DNA of 62,966 nt, the filler included, from Rhabdomonas costata (taxonomy: Eukaryota), in NCBI GenBank assembly GCA_019059605.1. It is 27 parts of 27 records of this genome, joined end to end, with 100 filler letters (N's around TTAATTAATTAA, not from the genome) between each part and the next. Parts side by side here need not be neighbours in the genome. Positions count along the whole stretch, not along the records: positions 58,401 to 60,632 come from JAHMHO010004652.1; positions 60,733 to 62,966 come from JAHMHO010004653.1; 25 more parts are not named here. One strand, written 5' to 3'. Each line of letters begins with the position of its first letter. The stretch's first letter is position 1. Positions 60,555-62,966 of this stretch are shown here, piece by piece. The translations under genes were made by a program, and so were the position numbers. The notes beneath the pieces were generated by a model, which saw nothing but the letters and a program-made list of their open reading frames with translations, was not told the DNA's origin and did no database searches.

Positions 60555-62966
60555 CTGAAAGATAAAAGCACATACTGCAAGGCGACAGCAAAAAAAAAGA
60601 GCACCAAAAAAAGCAAAGCAACCCACCACCCCNNNNNNNNNNNNNNNNNNNNNNNNNNNNNNNNNNNNNNNNNNNNTTAATTAATTAANNNNNNNNNNNN
60701 NNNNNNNNNNNNNNNNNNNNNNNNNNNNNNNNGTGTTGTTGGATAGCACAACAGCTCTCAGCTGCGCCGGAATGCGTACCGTTTGTATCACTAACTTTTC
60801 GAAAGTATAATCTGGATACGGCTTCTAAACAACGCTACCAGTGGAACCAGAGGCAGACACCGTGTTAGACATAAGTGGTGGGGTTGCAAGCCGGACCGTG
60901 AAATTACTTTTCATCATTCGCTCTTTTCTTCGTATCAATTTTTAATGTCATTTGCCCAGAGAGCTTATTCAACCAACGCGGCGTACATTATGGCGCACTT
61001 TAAAGCAGTTTATCTTTCCACTTAAGCTTCTGGTATTACTGGTTGTTTTCACTTGCACATATGCTATTTGTCGTGACCATCAGTATGCCGCATATGTTTT
61101 CGCTTCTTAATCGCGTGAACCGCGTTCACAAATGCACTTTCCTGCTGTACATGCATTGACGTGCATTCTAATAAAAATGTTGGATATATTGTATACTGGA
61201 GGCGTCTACATCGATTCCTTATTCTGCGATGGTTTTGGTCTTACGTTCGCTGCGGATGTTAAGGAGTTCATTTCAAGTGCATCGTAGAATGTAGAATAGC
61301 AGCTCAGAACGTTCTACCCCAACTCATTTCACAGCCAGTCCAGCGCTTCATTTTGCAGCGTTTTTTGCGGAGACCTCTCCTACAATAAAGTGCGTGAAAA
61401 AAGTGCGCGGTTTCATATTCATTCAAATTAACAGCAATTAACAACGCATTGTTGCAGTATTTCAGAATGCCGCGTGATGTACTTTGTCGCTTGTTCTCTG
61501 CGCCCTCAGAGGTGCTACCTGCAGTTCACGACAGCAATTCAAGTTACCTTCCTAGCCACTGTCAACCCAACACCTGGCAGCACGACGTCGGAAAAAGTCA
61601 AAGATAGTGTCCGTTTCTCTTGGCACTCTTGCGTTGTCTTTGCACTGTTCTTATTTTCTCGCTCCGACTCCGCGTTCAAAAAGCGGCGTTATGAAAGAAA
61701 ACATCCCTTGCAATATCTCCTTTGTTTGCACGATCTTTCATCCTGAACAAAAAGCGGCGGCCTTTCACATCCCGTTCATCGCTTCTTTTAGCATAGGATT
61801 TTTCAAAACGCCAGTACGCAAAAACGTGCTTTAGCAGAGTAGAGCAATGGAAACTGACTGGGCAAAAACAGGCGCTGGAGCGGGGTCTGTGTACCTACGT
61901 GGTCGCGTTGGTCTGATATACAAAATATGGTCAGCTATAAGTACCTTTGTAGTGAATAGTTACCAGCAAACAATGGACTAAAGAGACTTGAGTTTTGCTA
62001 TTTGACGGACGAATTGGTTTCCAGTGAATACCATGACCCACACGGTAACTCATACCACAGGCGGAAAGCGGCGGAAAGGTGGATAATGGCATTCCAGAAT
62101 TAGAGTGAGGACAAGGTCTTGGACTGGAAGCTGCAGGGCAGCGCAGAAATCAGTGCAGCAGCGCAGCGGTGAAGAATAAAGAACTAGCACGGAAATCGAG
62201 CAATATAGTGAGTATTAATAAATTTCGGTTTGATATAGCTGTGATAAATTGGTCTGCAAAATCGGTGGAAAACTTTATCGCATTTTATGCCCATTTACCC
62301 CACTTTCAGCAGCAGAGATTACCCAAAAGAAGCAGAAGAAGGAGATGATCACGGTAAATTTTTAGTTAAGGTTTGCTAGCCTCTGTTTTGTGGAGTTGTT
62401 TGAAGGGAGGTTTTTATTTTAGGAAGGTAGGAACGACTCAGGATGACAAAGCTGGTGCTGGATCTTGACCTCTGTGCACTGTGTGTTGTTACGGAGGTGC
62501 TGTTGCCTTCTGTTTGGTCAGTTTGCTTTTTGGCTGTATGGGAAAATGGCAGAGTATGCTAGGCCATCACGCGCACGCAAAAATCAACGGCGCATAGCTA
62601 TACGTGGAAACACGTATGTGGAGTCGCTCCTTGTTGTTCATTCAGCAGAATGAGATGACTCGTGGGAAGCCGTAAAACCACGTTAGATGCCAGACAAAAA
62701 CCTGAAGTGGTAAAGACAAAGAAAAGTGTGAAAGTGCTTTATTTGGACGAGTAACACCAACATGTATACAACCTGCGTAAACCACGTTTTAAAAAGCTGT
62801 GGTAGCAGAGCTCCGTTAAATCGAACGTAAGCAAAACGCTGGACTACGCGACCAAAATGAAAACGTTTTGTTCGACCAGTAAATTCAGCTCTCCAAAATA
62901 CCCGCTACTTCCTAAGCCAAGAACCACCGTACAGAACTCAGAAACACACCGAGTGCAAAAAAAAAC

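Noticed and set aside
60733-62966. Last contig (AT-richer, ORF-poor) as an RNA gene or foreign DNA
   Set aside because: No rRNA, tRNA or snRNA motif or exon recognised; composition alone is insufficient

Overview
This window is not a continuous locus. It is an artificial pseudo-scaffold of 27 unrelated, length-sorted contigs of about 2.23-2.25 kb, joined by 26 identical 100-nt linkers (N44-TTAATTAATTAA-N44). Many contig ends carry G/T-only (5') and C/A-only (3') tails typical of whole-genome-amplification primers. The DNA is from an intron-rich eukaryote using the standard genetic code. My best guess is a heterotrophic protist, possibly a euglenid, but this is inference only. By hand-splicing exons I recognise fragments of low-Mr thioredoxin reductase, DDX24/Mak5, a PstS-like binding domain, ZPR1, a protist lysozyme-like gene, a Kelch-like propeller, XPF/ERCC4, ferrochelatase, a prokaryote-type TmcA, GH38 alpha-mannosidase, SF3B3, Nbp35/Cfd1, an AzgA-type permease and ITPK1, plus a complete 2OG-Fe(II) oxygenase. 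The most notable observations are: (1) an intron-containing bacterial/archaeal-type TmcA (not NAT10) with an altered Walker B; (2) frequent GC-AG introns and very degenerate 5' splice sites; (3) an unassigned protein with three tandem pairs of RRM-like modules; (4) a lysozyme-like locus with exons apparently in 2-1-3 order and frameshifts; (5) an Nbp35/Cfd1 internal exon whose upstream exons are missing, with a whole same-strand gene in their place; (6) an APRT-like fold with a non-canonical PRPP loop. I see no CRISPR, rRNA, tRNA or multi-gene novel system, and gene neighbourhood cannot be inferred across linkers. All family calls come from remembered motifs, not database searches.
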